A stretch of DNA of 64,000 bases, from assembly GCA_039176995.1 (NCBI GenBank), contig JBCDFY010000005.1, forward strand, positions 7,696-71,695, written 5' to 3'. The position numbers and the translations under genes were made by a program. The DNA comes from Bacteroidota bacterium (GTDB taxonomy: Bacteria > Bacteroidota > Bacteroidia > Chitinophagales > Saprospiraceae). The notes under the pieces were generated by a model. That model worked only from the letters and a program-made list of their open reading frames with translations, had not been told where the DNA came from and ran no database searches. Shown here one piece after another: positions 1 to 9,313 of the stretch; within the stretch, counting starts at the first letter, position 1; each line of letters starts with the position of its first letter.

Positions 1-775
1 CTACTTCTGGTTCAGCAATAGGTTCTGGATTAGTACTAGGTTTTATTTCAGGAGCGTTTGGTTCGGAAATATCTTCTGGAAAGACCGTAGTAAATCCAGG
101 CTTTGTTCTTGGGGAGGCTGCTACTTGAGCATTATCTGTTGTTGGAAAGGTTCGTTCTTCCATTTGTCTTGGAGCAGCTTCGAACTGGCTATGCGTCGTT
201 AAATCATTCATAAAGACGAAGAAAGAGTAGAAATTCTTCGCTCGAAATTCTTCGTAAGTCGTATGATCACGATTACGCAAGAAGCGTAAAAACTCACCAA
301 TTTCTGAAGAAATGCTTCTAATGACTTTGAGTTGATCGTTCAGTACCGCTTCTTTTTCATAAGGTACTTGACGTTTCTGGCGACGCACATCTAAGTATTG
401 ATCTTGCCAGTAATTCATGTACTGAATCACACTACTGACTCGATCAAAAGAAGTGGGCTTGGTGGTGACGATGCCCGTTTCCTCGTCTCTGTAAACGCCA
501 TCTGCCACCACAGCTTTAATGCGATTAGCACGAATGAGGTCTTGAAAAGTGGGAAGTAATTCAAACATACAGTCTTCACAGCGTAAGAAATTATCGCTGA
601 TGAGCAGAAGAATGCGGTCGTTGGTTTCTTGAATTCTTTGGTATAACTGGTTTCCGCTGAGGTTGCAAGCTACCTGCTCGAAAGTGTAACCTGCACGGCC
701 TAAATTTTGGATGACATCATTGACTTCTTGTTTGTTTGCACTATGGTGAGCAATGATAATTTTCTTGTCTGTCAT
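1..775 (-). CDS. TIR-like domain protein, N-terminal part only (gene runs off the left edge)
   Basis: The minus frame is open from the ATG at 775-773 to base 1, and it is absent from the ORF track because it is truncated. Hand translation: MTDKKIIIAHHSANKQEVNDVIQNLGRAGYTFEQVACNLSGNQLYQRIQETNDRILLLISDNFLRCEDCMFELLPTFQDL... The strand-helix-strand layout and the LLLISDNFLRCEDCMFEL block resemble the S-x-x-(F/Y)-x-x-S-x-W-C-x-x-EL block of TIR domains. The family call is from memory. Confidence 0.5.
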   Translation of the reverse strand, partial: MTDKKIIIAHHSANKQEVNDVIQNLGRAGYTFEQVACNLSGNQLYQRIQETNDRILLLISDNFLRCEDCMFELLPTFQDLIRANRIKAVVADGVYRDEETGIVTTKPTSFDRVSSVIQYMNYWQDQYLDVRRQKRQVPYEKEAVLNDQLKVIRSISSEIGEFLRFLRNRDHTTYEEFRAKNFYSFFVFMNDLTTHSQFEAAPRQMEERTFPTTDNAQVAASPRTKPGFTTVFPEDISEPNAPEIKPSTNPEPIAEPEV

Positions 776-1163
776 AACTGTGTTTGATGATTGTAAACTA
801 CTTCGTGTTTCTTGTGAAGAGTGCCTTTACCTAAAACTCCAAGGCTAGAGCTTCCGTTCAAAACATTCTCTTTTATCTGACGACCTATTTTGTAGCAATT
901 GAATACAGCGAGGAGAATTCTACCAGACTTCTAGATCAATGAATACAAGAATCAAGATGCTAGACGATTTTACAAGTTGCTGTACACAATTTCTTACGCA
1001 TATATTCTTCTTTGTGTTACAATGAATTAACACCTTTAAAGATATAAAAAGCTATTGGTTATTTGCTATTAGCAATTGGCTTAATTTCTGTTCTTGTGTA
1101 ATCTACTTTGATAGATCACCGAGCCAGCTAACTGCTATTGACTAATAGCCAATAGCCAGCCAA

Positions 1164-2471
1164 TTAGCTTTCCTCTTGCAATAATTCCGCTACATACGCC
1201 TCAAAATCCGCTACAAATTCTTCGTACTTACTTGTCGCAGATCCAGCGAAGCCTGTATGTATTCTGCGCACTTCATTGTCTCGATCAATGAAAATCAAAG
1301 TAGGGTACGAAATGACTTTGTTAAGCATAGGTAGTACTTCTGATGCTTCGCTTTTATCAGAATAACCTGCTAAAAGCAATTCATAAGGGATATTCAGCTG
1401 CTTTTTGTAGCGACCCAAAGCGGCTTTTGCTTTTTCCTGATCTCTATGTTTTTCAAATGCCAAACCAATGACTGCCAAATCCTCGTTTGGATTGTTGGCT
1501 AAATAATCCACTAGATAATTGGTTTCATCTCGACAATTAGGACACCAAGTGCCGAAGATTTGTACCAACTTCACTTTGCCTTCATAATCTGCTAAACTTA
1601 CTGTTTCGCCCGCTACATTTTCAAAGCTAAATTCAAAACTGTCATAGCCTTCTTTCAAGAATGTCAAGCTATCTGCACTCGCCAGTTGGAAATTTTCATC
1701 TTTTTCGGCTTCCCAAAGCGTCTTGTAATGCTTACCTGAACGGAACGAACCGATCATACTTTCGTCTTCCAAAATTTTAGCTTCAAACAAGAAAGCGTGT
1801 GCTCCGTCAAAGCAAGATAAATAGACTTTATTGGCTTGAATAGTGCCTTCTAGGAAACGGTAGTCTCCTGTCTCCGTGCGGAATGTACCAGTTAGAGAGT
1901 TTCCTTCCTGCTCAAACTCCCCAACGGCTGGATAAGGAGTTTCTGTCTCCACTTCAAACATCGTTTTCCAATTGCCTGAAACGTCTATCACAGGCTCTTT
2001 TTTTAATTCCGTGAAGCGGTAGTCCTCGCCATGAAAAGCTGTGAATGGGATACTGTAATTTTCTCGATTATTGACATACCATTTACCCTCCATCACGTCT
2101 TCTTCATAATATGCCATAATGTAGGAATCAAAAACAGGGAAATTGATGATGATGCTGTCCTTGCCCGTCGCGCGGTTATGTCCATAGGTCACATCATCCA
2201 CTCGAATGCGCTCTAAACCATTTAGGATTTCGACGTAAATATTATCTGGGTCTCTATAAATGACTTCAAAATTGAAAGGCAACTCCCCATCACTAATCTC
2301 CTCAAACTCAACATCTGCGGTGACTTCTTCCACTTTTTCATTAATCTTTCCCTTTAAATCTAAAGTTGCACGCCACACGCCAGGAGGAACGACATTGTAC
2401 TGGTTGTCAATGACTACGCAAGATTGGAGTAGTGTGGCAAGAGTCAGGATTGCAAAGAATAATTTTCTCAT
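1164..2471 (-). CDS. Lipoprotein with C-terminal TlpA-like thioredoxin/redoxin domain
   Basis: 435-aa ORF. Lipobox signal MRKLFFAILTLATLLQSC. CxxC motif FGTWCPNCRDE in the C-terminal domain. Confidence 0.8.
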   Translation of the reverse strand: MRKLFFAILTLATLLQSCVVIDNQYNVVPPGVWRATLDLKGKINEKVEEVTADVEFEEISDGELPFNFEVIYRDPDNIYVEILNGLERIRVDDVTYGHNRATGKDSIIINFPVFDSYIMAYYEEDVMEGKWYVNNRENYSIPFTAFHGEDYRFTELKKEPVIDVSGNWKTMFEVETETPYPAVGEFEQEGNSLTGTFRTETGDYRFLEGTIQANKVYLSCFDGAHAFLFEAKILEDESMIGSFRSGKHYKTLWEAEKDENFQLASADSLTFLKEGYDSFEFSFENVAGETVSLADYEGKVKLVQIFGTWCPNCRDETNYLVDYLANNPNEDLAVIGLAFEKHRDQEKAKAALGRYKKQLNIPYELLLAGYSDKSEASEVLPMLNKVISYPTLIFIDRDNEVRRIHTGFAGSATSKYEEFVADFEAYVAELLQEES

Positions 2472-2931
2472 GTTTGTTTTAGAACGATTTGAACTTCAAT
2501 TGAAATGAATTTTCGATTGTAAAACCGATGTGGGAAAGGTAAGTTTATTCCTGCTCAAAAAACTTCCCATTCTATTCTACAAGACTTACCCCTCTTTCGG
2601 CACGTTCAAAAAGTAAATTCCGTTCGCTGAAATACTCATTTCAACATCTTAAATATCTTTAGTAATTGCAGGTGTTCATCTTCAACTTACTTTTATCTCC
2701 ACTTCTATGCGGTTCATCAACAACCCTCGCTTTCATTTACCCAAAAACTCGTCTTTTGAAGAAAAGAAATAGTAATCCACTATCTGGTTGGTTTCACAAA
2801 AAAAGCATAGCATATAGAGATCATTAATTAGAAGATTCAAGTTTTCTCTTATCCAAATGATCCTGTAAATAGCTGCTGTGGACTATATGAAAGCACTACT
2901 TTGACTAAGTGATAAAAGAAAAAACAAAACT

Positions 2932-4074
2932 ATGCAAACCGTAAAAAGACATCACGATATTGATTGGTTACGCATCATCGCAATTTTGCTCGTACTGTAT
3001 TTTCACGTCGCTATGATCTTTGTGGAAGATTGGGATTGGCACATTAAAAATGAAGAGCGGAGCTATTTGTGGTTGGAATTCAACTTTTTTCTCTCGCGTT
3101 TTCGGATGCCTTTGCTGTTTGTCATTTCTGGAATTGGGAGTTGGTTTGCCTTTCGGAAGCGCAGTCCTTGGCAGTATATCAAAGAGCGATATTGGAGATT
3201 GATGATTCCACTGTTCTTTGGAATGCTAGTGATTGTGCCCCCACAAATTTATATGGAGCGCTTATTTGAAGGCGTTGATTATCAATCCTTTTGGCAATTC
3301 TATCCTTCCATTTTTGAAGGCAAACCTTATCCAGAAGGCAACACCAGTTGGCATCATTTGTGGTTCGTACTATATCTATTTTTATACTCTCTGATAGCTG
3401 CGCCTTTATTCAAATGGGTACGCTCCCGAGATGGAAAGTCTTTCCGAAAAACACTTCAGTTTTTTGACCATCGAATACGATTGTATCTATTGGTATTACC
3501 GACGATTTTGATCTATTGCACTTTGGCAGTTCGCTTTCCTCAGACCAATTCTTTGGTTGGAGACTATGGCTATTTTTTATATTGGTTGAGCTTCTTTTTG
3601 GTAGGCTATTTCATTGCTGCACAAGAAAAAATATGGTGGCGGATTGAGAAAAACAGTCGTTCATCCTTGCAATTGGCAGTTGTTAGTATATTGATTATCA
3701 ACTACTTTCGTTGGAATAGAATAGAAATTGAAGATGGAAGTTTAATCTTTTATGCGTTGAGAATCCTATTGGCTTTCAGTGCTTGGACATGGCTGTTTAC
3801 GGCAATGGGTTATGGCAAACGCTACCTAAATCGCCCGAACAAATGGTTGTCATACACCAATCGAGCGATCTATCCTTTTTACATCATTCATCAGACCATC
3901 ATTGTAATCGTTGGTTATTATATCGTCACTTTAGTGGAAGAAGGAATACTATCAAAGTATTTGTTTATCAGTACCTTATCTTTACTATTTTCGATTGGCT
4001 TCTATGAATTTCTAGTGCGCCCGTTTCGAGTGATGCGCTTTTTATTTGGGATGAAGCCAGAAGTAAAAAAATAG
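2932..4074 (+). CDS. Acyltransferase family 3 (OpgC/OafA-like) membrane protein
   Basis: 380 aa, about 10 TM segments. N-terminal HHDIDWLRIIAILLVLYFH and FRMPLLFVISG motifs are typical of acyltransferase_3. Confidence 0.8.
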   Translation: MQTVKRHHDIDWLRIIAILLVLYFHVAMIFVEDWDWHIKNEERSYLWLEFNFFLSRFRMPLLFVISGIGSWFAFRKRSPWQYIKERYWRLMIPLFFGMLVIVPPQIYMERLFEGVDYQSFWQFYPSIFEGKPYPEGNTSWHHLWFVLYLFLYSLIAAPLFKWVRSRDGKSFRKTLQFFDHRIRLYLLVLPTILIYCTLAVRFPQTNSLVGDYGYFLYWLSFFLVGYFIAAQEKIWWRIEKNSRSSLQLAVVSILIINYFRWNRIEIEDGSLIFYALRILLAFSAWTWLFTAMGYGKRYLNRPNKWLSYTNRAIYPFYIIHQTIIVIVGYYIVTLVEEGILSKYLFISTLSLLFSIGFYEFLVRPFRVMRFLFGMKPEVKK

Positions 4075-4186
4075 CAGATACTTGAAAGTAAGCCAAGAGA
4101 GTCAAAAGAAAAGGAGTTAATGCTTCAATAAGTAATATCCTAAAAATAGGATTGGAATTTGAATATAGGTTTCGTCTTTAAAATCC

Positions 4187-4334
4187 GCAGAAAGCTTTTT
4201 TCGGATGAGAAAAGCTTTCTGCTTATGGGATTCTTAAGGGTGAAAAGCATCAAAAATTAGAGATTTTTGATGCTTTTCACCCTTAAACCCCTTTGAGCAA
4301 TCAAAAAATCCACCTTGGAAGATTTTTTGATTGC
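4187..4334. other. Cluster of three consecutive hairpins (A1-A3)
   Basis: A1 4187-4222 has a 13-bp stem. A2 4234-4286 has a 24-bp perfect stem with a 5-nt loop. A3 4296-4334 has a 14-bp perfect stem. Confidence 0.85.
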
Positions 4335-4374
4335 GACTTCATGGATACCAATTTTCTTTTTAATTGATACCAAA

Positions 4375-5421
4375 ATGAAAAACTGGTCTTTTAACATCAA
4401 AATACTCTATCCAGCACTCATCTGCGTGCTCATTTACGGAACCATTCGCTTAGTGACGGATGCTTTTGCTGGACAATCTCATATTCGAGCAGAAAATGCT
4501 GGATTGATCTTGATAGAGTTTGGTGTTGGTCTGGTTGCAACTTACGCCGCTAGATGGGCTTTTTTGAAATATGAACGTCATTTGGATAATCGTCCGTTGA
4601 AACAGATCACTAAACGCCAAATCGCGTTGGATTTTTTGGGTTGCTGGGGAATTATGTTAGTGCTAACCAATCTCATTATTACTCCTATGGTTGCATTGAC
4701 GGACGACGGTTGCAGTCCTGCTGATTTGGTGGTCATTAATGTTATTCCAACTTTGATTGTTCTACTCTGGTTTGCTATCCGTAGAGGCAATCGCTATTTG
4801 GAAGATTACACCAATTATCGGCTTCAATTGGAGCAGGTCAAAAATGAAAAATTGGAAGGTGAACTGAAATGGTTGCGTAGCCAAATACAGCCTCACTTTT
4901 TGTTCAATGCCTTGAATACGATTTATTTTCAAGCAGATGAAGATGCAGAAGCAGCAAAAATGACTGTGCAGCAATTAAGTCGTTTGTTGCGTCATAGCCT
5001 TTATGAAAGTGAAAAGGAACGAGTGGATTTACGCAAGGAGATAGATTACATCAAAGACTATATTGCTATTCAAAAAACTCGAAAATCTACTGATTTACAG
5101 GTTATTATGGATTTTAAAATTGAAAAAAGTAATTATCAGATTGCGCCACATTTATTTATTCCCTTGGTAGAAAATGCGTTCAAATACGTAGGTGGAAAAA
5201 CTGAGAAATGTATACTGATAGAGTTATCTTTTCCTGAAAATCAGATCGTTTTTCAAATTAAAAATTCCATTCCAAAGGAGATGAGGAAATGCGAAAATGG
5301 AGGCATTGGCTTGACGAATTTAAAGCGGCGTTTGGAGTTGTTGTATCCGAATCAGTATCAGTTGCAAATTGAACGAAGGGAGGATCAATTTGAAGTTCAA
5401 TTGTGCTTGATTTTGGGATGA
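4375..5421 (+). CDS. Sensor histidine kinase, LytS/YehU type
   Basis: Motifs QIQPHFLFNALNTIY (His_kinase) and GGIGLTNLKRRLELLY (HATPase). N-terminal TM helices. I prefer the ATG at 4375 over the track's TTG at 4315, which lies inside a hairpin. Confidence 0.85.
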   Translation: MKNWSFNIKILYPALICVLIYGTIRLVTDAFAGQSHIRAENAGLILIEFGVGLVATYAARWAFLKYERHLDNRPLKQITKRQIALDFLGCWGIMLVLTNLIITPMVALTDDGCSPADLVVINVIPTLIVLLWFAIRRGNRYLEDYTNYRLQLEQVKNEKLEGELKWLRSQIQPHFLFNALNTIYFQADEDAEAAKMTVQQLSRLLRHSLYESEKERVDLRKEIDYIKDYIAIQKTRKSTDLQVIMDFKIEKSNYQIAPHLFIPLVENAFKYVGGKTEKCILIELSFPENQIVFQIKNSIPKEMRKCENGGIGLTNLKRRLELLYPNQYQLQIERREDQFEVQLCLILG

Positions 5422-5522
5422 AATCATTTTGAAATTTTGGTTGTGAAGTCATAGAGATTTTAAAAACCTCCATGATTTTGTAGCCTCCAATATCAACTCA
5501 GTTGTCAGTTAAAAATCAAACT

Positions 5523-6224
5523 ATGAAACTCACCTGCATCATCACCGACGACGAACCAATCGCCATCAAAGGCATTCAAAAATACGTCGATAAAATTCCA
5601 TTTTTAGAATGCGTCGCGCACTGTTCTAACATCACCGAGCTGGAAGAACAACTGAAAACACAGCCAGCAGATTTGCTCTTCTTAGATATCGAGATGCCTT
5701 ACGGGACGGGCATTGATTTCTTGAAAAATCAATCCAATCCACCGATGGTTATCTTCATCACTGCCTATAAGCAATATGCCCTGGAAGGTTTCAATTTGAA
5801 TGTGCTGGACTATCTGCTCAAACCCGTTTCCTTCGAACGATTTTTTCAAGGTGTTTCCAAAGCCTACGAATACGCCAATCATCAAGAAAAGCCAAACGAG
5901 GACTTCATTTGGATTAAGAATGGTGGACGTATGGAAAAGATTGAGTTAAAGGAAATCCGCTATATTGAAAGTATGCAAAACTATGTGCTATTGCATAAAT
6001 CCAAACAAAAAATCACACTACACAATACCTTGAAAAAACTGCTAAGTTACTTACCCGAAGATCGCTTTTTGCAAGTCCATAAGTCCTATGTCATCAATTT
6101 GGATCACCTAAAATCAGTGGAAGGTAATATGCTCGAAATCGAAGGAAAAATTGTGCCAATTGGGCGTTCCATGAAAGAACAAGTGCTAGAGCGAATTTTG
6201 AATAACCGATTGATTAAGAGGTAG
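5523..6224 (+). CDS. LytR/AlgR family response regulator (REC + LytTR)
   Basis: Receiver motifs IITDDEP and LLFLDIEMP. LytTR motif FLQVHKSYVINLDHL. ATG at 5523. Lies directly downstream of the kinase. Confidence 0.9.
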   Translation: MKLTCIITDDEPIAIKGIQKYVDKIPFLECVAHCSNITELEEQLKTQPADLLFLDIEMPYGTGIDFLKNQSNPPMVIFITAYKQYALEGFNLNVLDYLLKPVSFERFFQGVSKAYEYANHQEKPNEDFIWIKNGGRMEKIELKEIRYIESMQNYVLLHKSKQKITLHNTLKKLLSYLPEDRFLQVHKSYVINLDHLKSVEGNMLEIEGKIVPIGRSMKEQVLERILNNRLIKR

Positions 6225-6226
6225 TT

Positions 6227-6257
6227 ATTATCCAGTGACTTCCCGTCACTGGATAAT
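6227..6257. terminator. 13-bp-stem hairpin between convergent genes; REP-like (second copy at 43195-43220)
   Basis: ATTATCCAGTGAC-ttccc-GTCACTGGATAAT. No clear T-run. Confidence 0.4.
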
Positions 6258-6298
6258 CTTGTGCTAGACAAAAGGCAATATTTAATCTAGCCTTCATC

Positions 6299-7336
6299 TT
6301 ATTTTTTAAAGGTATAGAAATAAGCATTCATAAGCTGGAATAAGGTTTTAGAACTAGACACTTGAGCAGCGTTGAAAGTACAAGCAATCGACAATTTTTC
6401 TTCAGGAAAATAAGCTGCCACAGATCGAAATCCATCAATTCTACCATCATGACCATAGACATCAAGTCCCCTACGCCGATCTACTGAAATGCCCATTCCC
6501 ATTGCATCCTTTGGTGTTGTCATTTGCTCTAAGATTTCCTTGGAAATTAGTTCTCCCATAAATAGCGCATTGTAAAACGTATTAATGTCTTTGGCTGTTG
6601 AAGTAAGACCGCCAGCACCCATTGTTCCAGTCAGATTAGTGTGAAAAGTGATCGGATGCCATTCTTTATTTTCTGGATAATAACACATAGCCTCATTTTT
6701 GGACAAGTCTAACTCTTTGCCAAAAAAAGTGTGCTCCAAGTCTAATGGATTGAAGATTCTATTCTTCAATATTTCTGCAAAATTCTGATTATCAATGTCC
6801 TCTGCTATGTAAGAAAGTAGAATATAATTTGTATTTGAATATTCCGTTTTGGCATTTGGCTCAAAGACATTTGCATTTTCATATATTCTATCCAGCATTG
6901 CTGCTCTACTTCTGGGTTCGCTAATCCAAACCTCAAAGTCAGCACTTCGGGTAATATTGTACAAACCACTTCTATGGTAAAGCAAGTTGGCAATCGTTAT
7001 TTGATCTGCCTGATCTATCTTTGGATAATAGTCTCCCAATTTAGTTTCTAAAGAGAGTTTACCTTCTTCTACAAGCTGTAGAATAATTGCTGCCGTGAAA
7101 GTTTTACTAATAGAACCAATTCTATAGAGCGTAACTTCATTGGCTTTTTTGTCTTCTTCCAGATTAGCAAATCCTATAGATTTATTATATATTTGTTCTC
7201 CATCCTTAAAAACGGAGACCGTTCCCATCGCTTTTTTTTCGCTCTCTAATTGACTGAGATAGTCATCCAAATTTTTGTTGATGGAGCAACTAGATAAGCT
7301 ATAAATACTGATAAGAAAAATTAAAAATTGCTTCAT
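6299..7336 (-). CDS. Serine hydrolase, class C beta-lactamase/esterase family, lipoprotein
   Basis: Motifs SxxK (GSISKTF), YxN (EYSNTNY) and HDG (YGHDGRIDGF). Lipoprotein signal MKQFLIFLISIYSLSSC starting at the ATG at 7336. Confidence 0.85.
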   Translation of the reverse strand: MKQFLIFLISIYSLSSCSINKNLDDYLSQLESEKKAMGTVSVFKDGEQIYNKSIGFANLEEDKKANEVTLYRIGSISKTFTAAIILQLVEEGKLSLETKLGDYYPKIDQADQITIANLLYHRSGLYNITRSADFEVWISEPRSRAAMLDRIYENANVFEPNAKTEYSNTNYILLSYIAEDIDNQNFAEILKNRIFNPLDLEHTFFGKELDLSKNEAMCYYPENKEWHPITFHTNLTGTMGAGGLTSTAKDINTFYNALFMGELISKEILEQMTTPKDAMGMGISVDRRRGLDVYGHDGRIDGFRSVAAYFPEEKLSIACTFNAAQVSSSKTLFQLMNAYFYTFKK

Positions 7337-7540
7337 TGTTGTACTCGTTCTATTTTGATAAATGCTATCAAAAAAGAAGATGCAAATATTCAATTTCTGG
7401 TGGGCAAGACTTAGGATAATTTTTTACAACTTTTCTCACTGAAGCAATTCGTATTCCTCTCTACTGAGTACTTTGTAGGTCGAAGTATCCGAAAATTTAA
7501 AATATTCCACAGGCAAATCTTCATATTTAAAAACCTCCCA

Positions 7541-8854
7541 TTATGTGAAAAAAACATCCGATTTTCCTTGCGCCCACGCGAATTTATTAGGCTTGTGACT
7601 AATCATAATGCTACTTGGTTGTGAGGAGTTTTTCAGACTGGAAAGTAGCCAAATTTCTTGGCTAGATGCCCATGTTAACCAAAGCGTCTCCAGTGGAACA
7701 TCATCCGAAGAGATAACTACTTTTTTGTACTCAGAACGATTGACTTTATCAATCAAATTTTCGTACCAATTGACTCGTGCAGTGTAAGGTTGATGGAGTC
7801 GTTCAATATGATGGATTCTTAATACAAGAACAACGACAAGAATTGCTACAAGCAGCCGAGTAGATTTAATTTTTGGGAAAAGATCAAAGACTAGAGGACA
7901 CAAGACGAATAGGCTCAAAGGCAAATAGAAACTCTCAATATGGAATTGTAATATTCCCTTATAATTGGAGACGTTGATGAGGAGTAAATAGCCAAAAAAG
8001 AAGCAAAGTAGTAAGGTTAGTTTGTATTTTTTCTTATGAATGATGTAGAAAATAGAACAAACAATTAGAGCTAAAGGTAGAAGATAATAGTCTGTTAAAC
8101 AATAACTTATAAAATTATGATTAGCAGGAAGATCAAAATAATTAGGAAAGAGTCGAGCAAAATTATCTAAGCCCTTCATCGCAGTCGCATCATAACTACT
8201 GTTCCCCAAGACGAAGATTTTGAACAGATATTCAATCGCTACAAAAATTAGAACTATACAGAATAATCTCTTTTCTATTTTAAAACCAGATGATATTTTG
8301 AAGAATAGCAGAAAGTAAATCAGTACAATCGGAATCAGTGGATGAAAATAGAAAAGCGTATGCAACAGCACGACTAACAATATACCTTTCCAATTGAAGA
8401 AATAACGGAGCGTTTTGGCTTTAGTAATCCACGCAAAAGTCACTAGACTTAAAGCAATTGCTTGCGCAAATTCAATCTGTATCCACCAAAAGGTATAGGA
8501 AACTAGGAAAACGTTGAAGAGCAACAGCAAAAGCGCGAATTGCTCTTGTTTAAGCCAGAAAAAGCAGACCAAAAAAAGCGCGAAATAATAGAATACCATT
8601 CCTACCGAATAGCTGATTGCAATCCATTTTATCGGGAACTCAAAAATACTTCCAACCAACGGAATCCACTGCGTGATGGCTTCTCCAAATCGCCCAGCTT
8701 GAATCGCAAAATCTCCATCTTTCACAATATGGAAAATACGAAAAGCGACATCCATGAAAACCGTTCGTTCTTTGAAATAGTATCCTGCTGTAATGGCTAG
8801 AAGAAGGTAGCTTACAATGCCTAAAATTAGGATGATTTTCTTTCTATGATTCAT
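7541..8854 (-). CDS. Polytopic membrane protein of unknown function
   Basis: 437-aa ORF, very hydrophobic with at least 10 predicted TM helices. No motif recognised. Confidence 0.6.
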   Translation of the reverse strand: MNHRKKIILILGIVSYLLLAITAGYYFKERTVFMDVAFRIFHIVKDGDFAIQAGRFGEAITQWIPLVGSIFEFPIKWIAISYSVGMVFYYFALFLVCFFWLKQEQFALLLLLFNVFLVSYTFWWIQIEFAQAIALSLVTFAWITKAKTLRYFFNWKGILLVVLLHTLFYFHPLIPIVLIYFLLFFKISSGFKIEKRLFCIVLIFVAIEYLFKIFVLGNSSYDATAMKGLDNFARLFPNYFDLPANHNFISYCLTDYYLLPLALIVCSIFYIIHKKKYKLTLLLCFFFGYLLLINVSNYKGILQFHIESFYLPLSLFVLCPLVFDLFPKIKSTRLLVAILVVVLVLRIHHIERLHQPYTARVNWYENLIDKVNRSEYKKVVISSDDVPLETLWLTWASSQEIWLLSSLKNSSQPSSIMISHKPNKFAWAQGKSDVFFT

Positions 8855-9313
8855 ATGGATAATACTTAATTTGAGTGAAAAGGTAGGTCTCGCAAACTAA
8901 ATTTAGAGGAAAAATTTCAAAAGAAAGTAATTTTTTTCAAAGTCAAAAAATTACTTTTATATCAATCTTTTCGCTTAGCTAATTGTTGTTGTAGAATAAA
9001 AGTAGGATTTCGTATAAAAATCCTAACTTAATTTTTTATGGATGCTTTTTTGTTTTTCAAAATTTTGAGTACATCAAATATGATATTCTTAAAATTATCA
9101 GAGGTGATTTTGAAAAACAGCCATATTTTACATTTAGCCAGCCTAAACAAGTTACAGCAAAATTCCTGCTTGGCCTTCGGGAATCTTACGTTTTGTGATA
9201 AGCAGAATCCAATCAAAATTGCCTATCATAGGAACGGTCACCTTTAAATTACCGTTAAAAATGTATTAATTTTGTGGTCAAATTCCATTCCACTGAGTAA
9301 AACTTTTGAAATA

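Noticed and set aside
4187-4334. Possibility that the hairpin clusters (4.2, 11.8 and 57.4 kb) are small CRISPR arrays
   Set aside because: No unit sequence is repeated within or between clusters. Each palindrome is unique, and no cas genes are present.
4315-4374. Track start codons at TTG or upstream positions (4315, 5502, 7393, 9272, 12291, 23423, 27548, 33306, 36818, 40124, 40668, 47163, 58536, 63520)
   Set aside because: In each case a downstream ATG gives a canonical N-terminus (signal peptide, Rossmann GxGxxG, or domain start), removes overlap with hairpins or neighbouring genes, or both. I used the downstream ATG, but the exact starts remain unverified.
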